A stretch of DNA of 50,696 bases from NCBI GenBank assembly GCA_039929185.1, contig JBDSRR010000140.1, positions 1 to 50,696 of the forward strand. Direction: 5' to 3'. This document shows positions 50,248 through 50,696 of the stretch, one piece after another. Position 1 is the first letter of the stretch. The number at the start of each line of letters is the position of its first letter. A program made the translations under genes and the position numbers. This DNA is from Actinomycetota bacterium (GTDB lineage Bacteria > Actinomycetota > CADDZG01 > JAHWKV01). The notes under the pieces are model-generated. The model was given only the letters and a program-made list of their open reading frames with translations, did not search any database and was not told where the DNA came from.

Positions 50248-50696
50248 GAGCATCGAAGATGGTGATGCGCGAGGTTCTGGTCTTCAAACGGACCTGGGTT
50301 CAGAGCCTGTTCTTCTCCTTCTTGCAACCCACGATGTTCTTGACCGCGATGGGCTTGGGTCTCGGATCGTTGATAAATCGGTCAGGGTCGGACCTCGGTG
50401 TTCCCTATGTGCACTTCTTGGCCCCCGGCATCTTGGCATCGACCTGCATGCAAACAGCAGCATTTGCGACGAGCTACCCGATCTTGATGAAGATCATCTG
50501 GCAACGCAACTACGAAGCCATCATGGCAACGCCTCTTCGCGTAATCGACATACTCTTTGGCGAGGTTGGAGCGGTTGCTCTTCGTTTGTCGATGGTTGCT
50601 TCAGCCTTCTTGCTTGTCATGTTTGCATTCGGCATAGCCACATCCCCGTTGGCTCTGGCAGCGCTTCCAGCGGCTGTGCTTGTGGGCCTGGCTTTC
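50244..50696 (+). CDS. ABC-2 type transporter permease (DrrB/NodJ-like), 3' end cut by window edge
   Basis: This ORF is not in the supplied track because it has no stop inside the window. The start is GTG 50244 (GTGA overlap with the ATPase stop) or ATG 50259. The frame stays open to 50696: ...REVLVFKRTWVQSLFFSFLQPTMFLTAMGLGLG...HFLAPGILAST... Confidence 0.75.
   Translation, partial: MRASKMVMREVLVFKRTWVQSLFFSFLQPTMFLTAMGLGLGSLINRSGSDLGVPYVHFLAPGILASTCMQTAAFATSYPILMKIIWQRNYEAIMATPLRVIDILFGEVGAVALRLSMVASAFLLVMFAFGIATSPLALAALPAAVLVGLAF

Noticed and set aside
1-50696. I looked for tRNA, rRNA, tmRNA or RNase P, CRISPR arrays, IS elements, transposases, integrases and prophage genes.
   Set aside because: Intergenic DNA is minimal; the largest gaps are 253, 177, 87, 78 and 72 bp. 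None of the gaps shows a tRNA-like T-arm, spaced direct repeats or terminal inverted repeats. No ORF has transposase, integrase or phage motifs.

Overview
This is a very compact, moderately GC-rich chromosomal segment. Nearly every gene junction is a 4-nt overlap or a gap under 40 bp. The gene content looks actinobacterial, and my guess of an Acidimicrobiia-like lineage is inference only with no search behind it. I count about 48 protein-coding genes and see no tRNA, rRNA, CRISPR array, transposase or integrase.

Blocks in order:
- 1-6433: Bacillus-style cytochrome oxidase cluster, ctaD(partial)-ctaE-ctaF-ctaG, a membrane cupredoxin, a fused ctaA-ctaB heme A gene and a TlpA-like thioredoxin.
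- 6414-12116 (minus strand): pstSCAB-phoU plus an ABC-2 exporter, with a PHO-box-like direct repeat in the divergent promoter.
- 12045-15758: PhoP/PhoR-like two-component pair translationally coupled to a LarE-like PP-loop ATPase and a CvpA-CAP fusion.
- 15783-20583: DUF4242-cyclase fusion, cystathionine beta-synthase and gamma-lyase, an SDR, and an orphan NarL-type regulator.
- 20513-24967 (minus strand): operon of nucleotide cyclase-STAND NTPase-TPR (1106 aa), an NTF2-like protein and a metallophosphoesterase.
- 25055-30742: MFS, PGPGW, glpX, 5'-3' exonuclease, gabT and a hypothetical protein.
- 30657-38162 (minus strand): metal ABC importer, a stand-alone histidine-kinase ATPase domain, egtD-egtB-egtA without egtC or egtE, and an FGase-family hydrolase.
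- 38199-39764: acyl-CoA synthetase.
- 39942-47226: a 1945-aa secreted mosaic protein (Asp-box propeller, Ig-like domains, internal propeptide plus S8 subtilase) and a secreted YVTN beta-propeller protein. This pair is flanked by the two longest non-coding spacers in the window.
- 47480-50696: PPOX/F420-type enzyme, amidase and a DrrAB-like ABC exporter (partial).

The best candidates for something undescribed are the giant secreted protease locus and the cyclase-STAND/NTF2/phosphoesterase operon. All functional calls come from motif recognition by eye. No database search was run.
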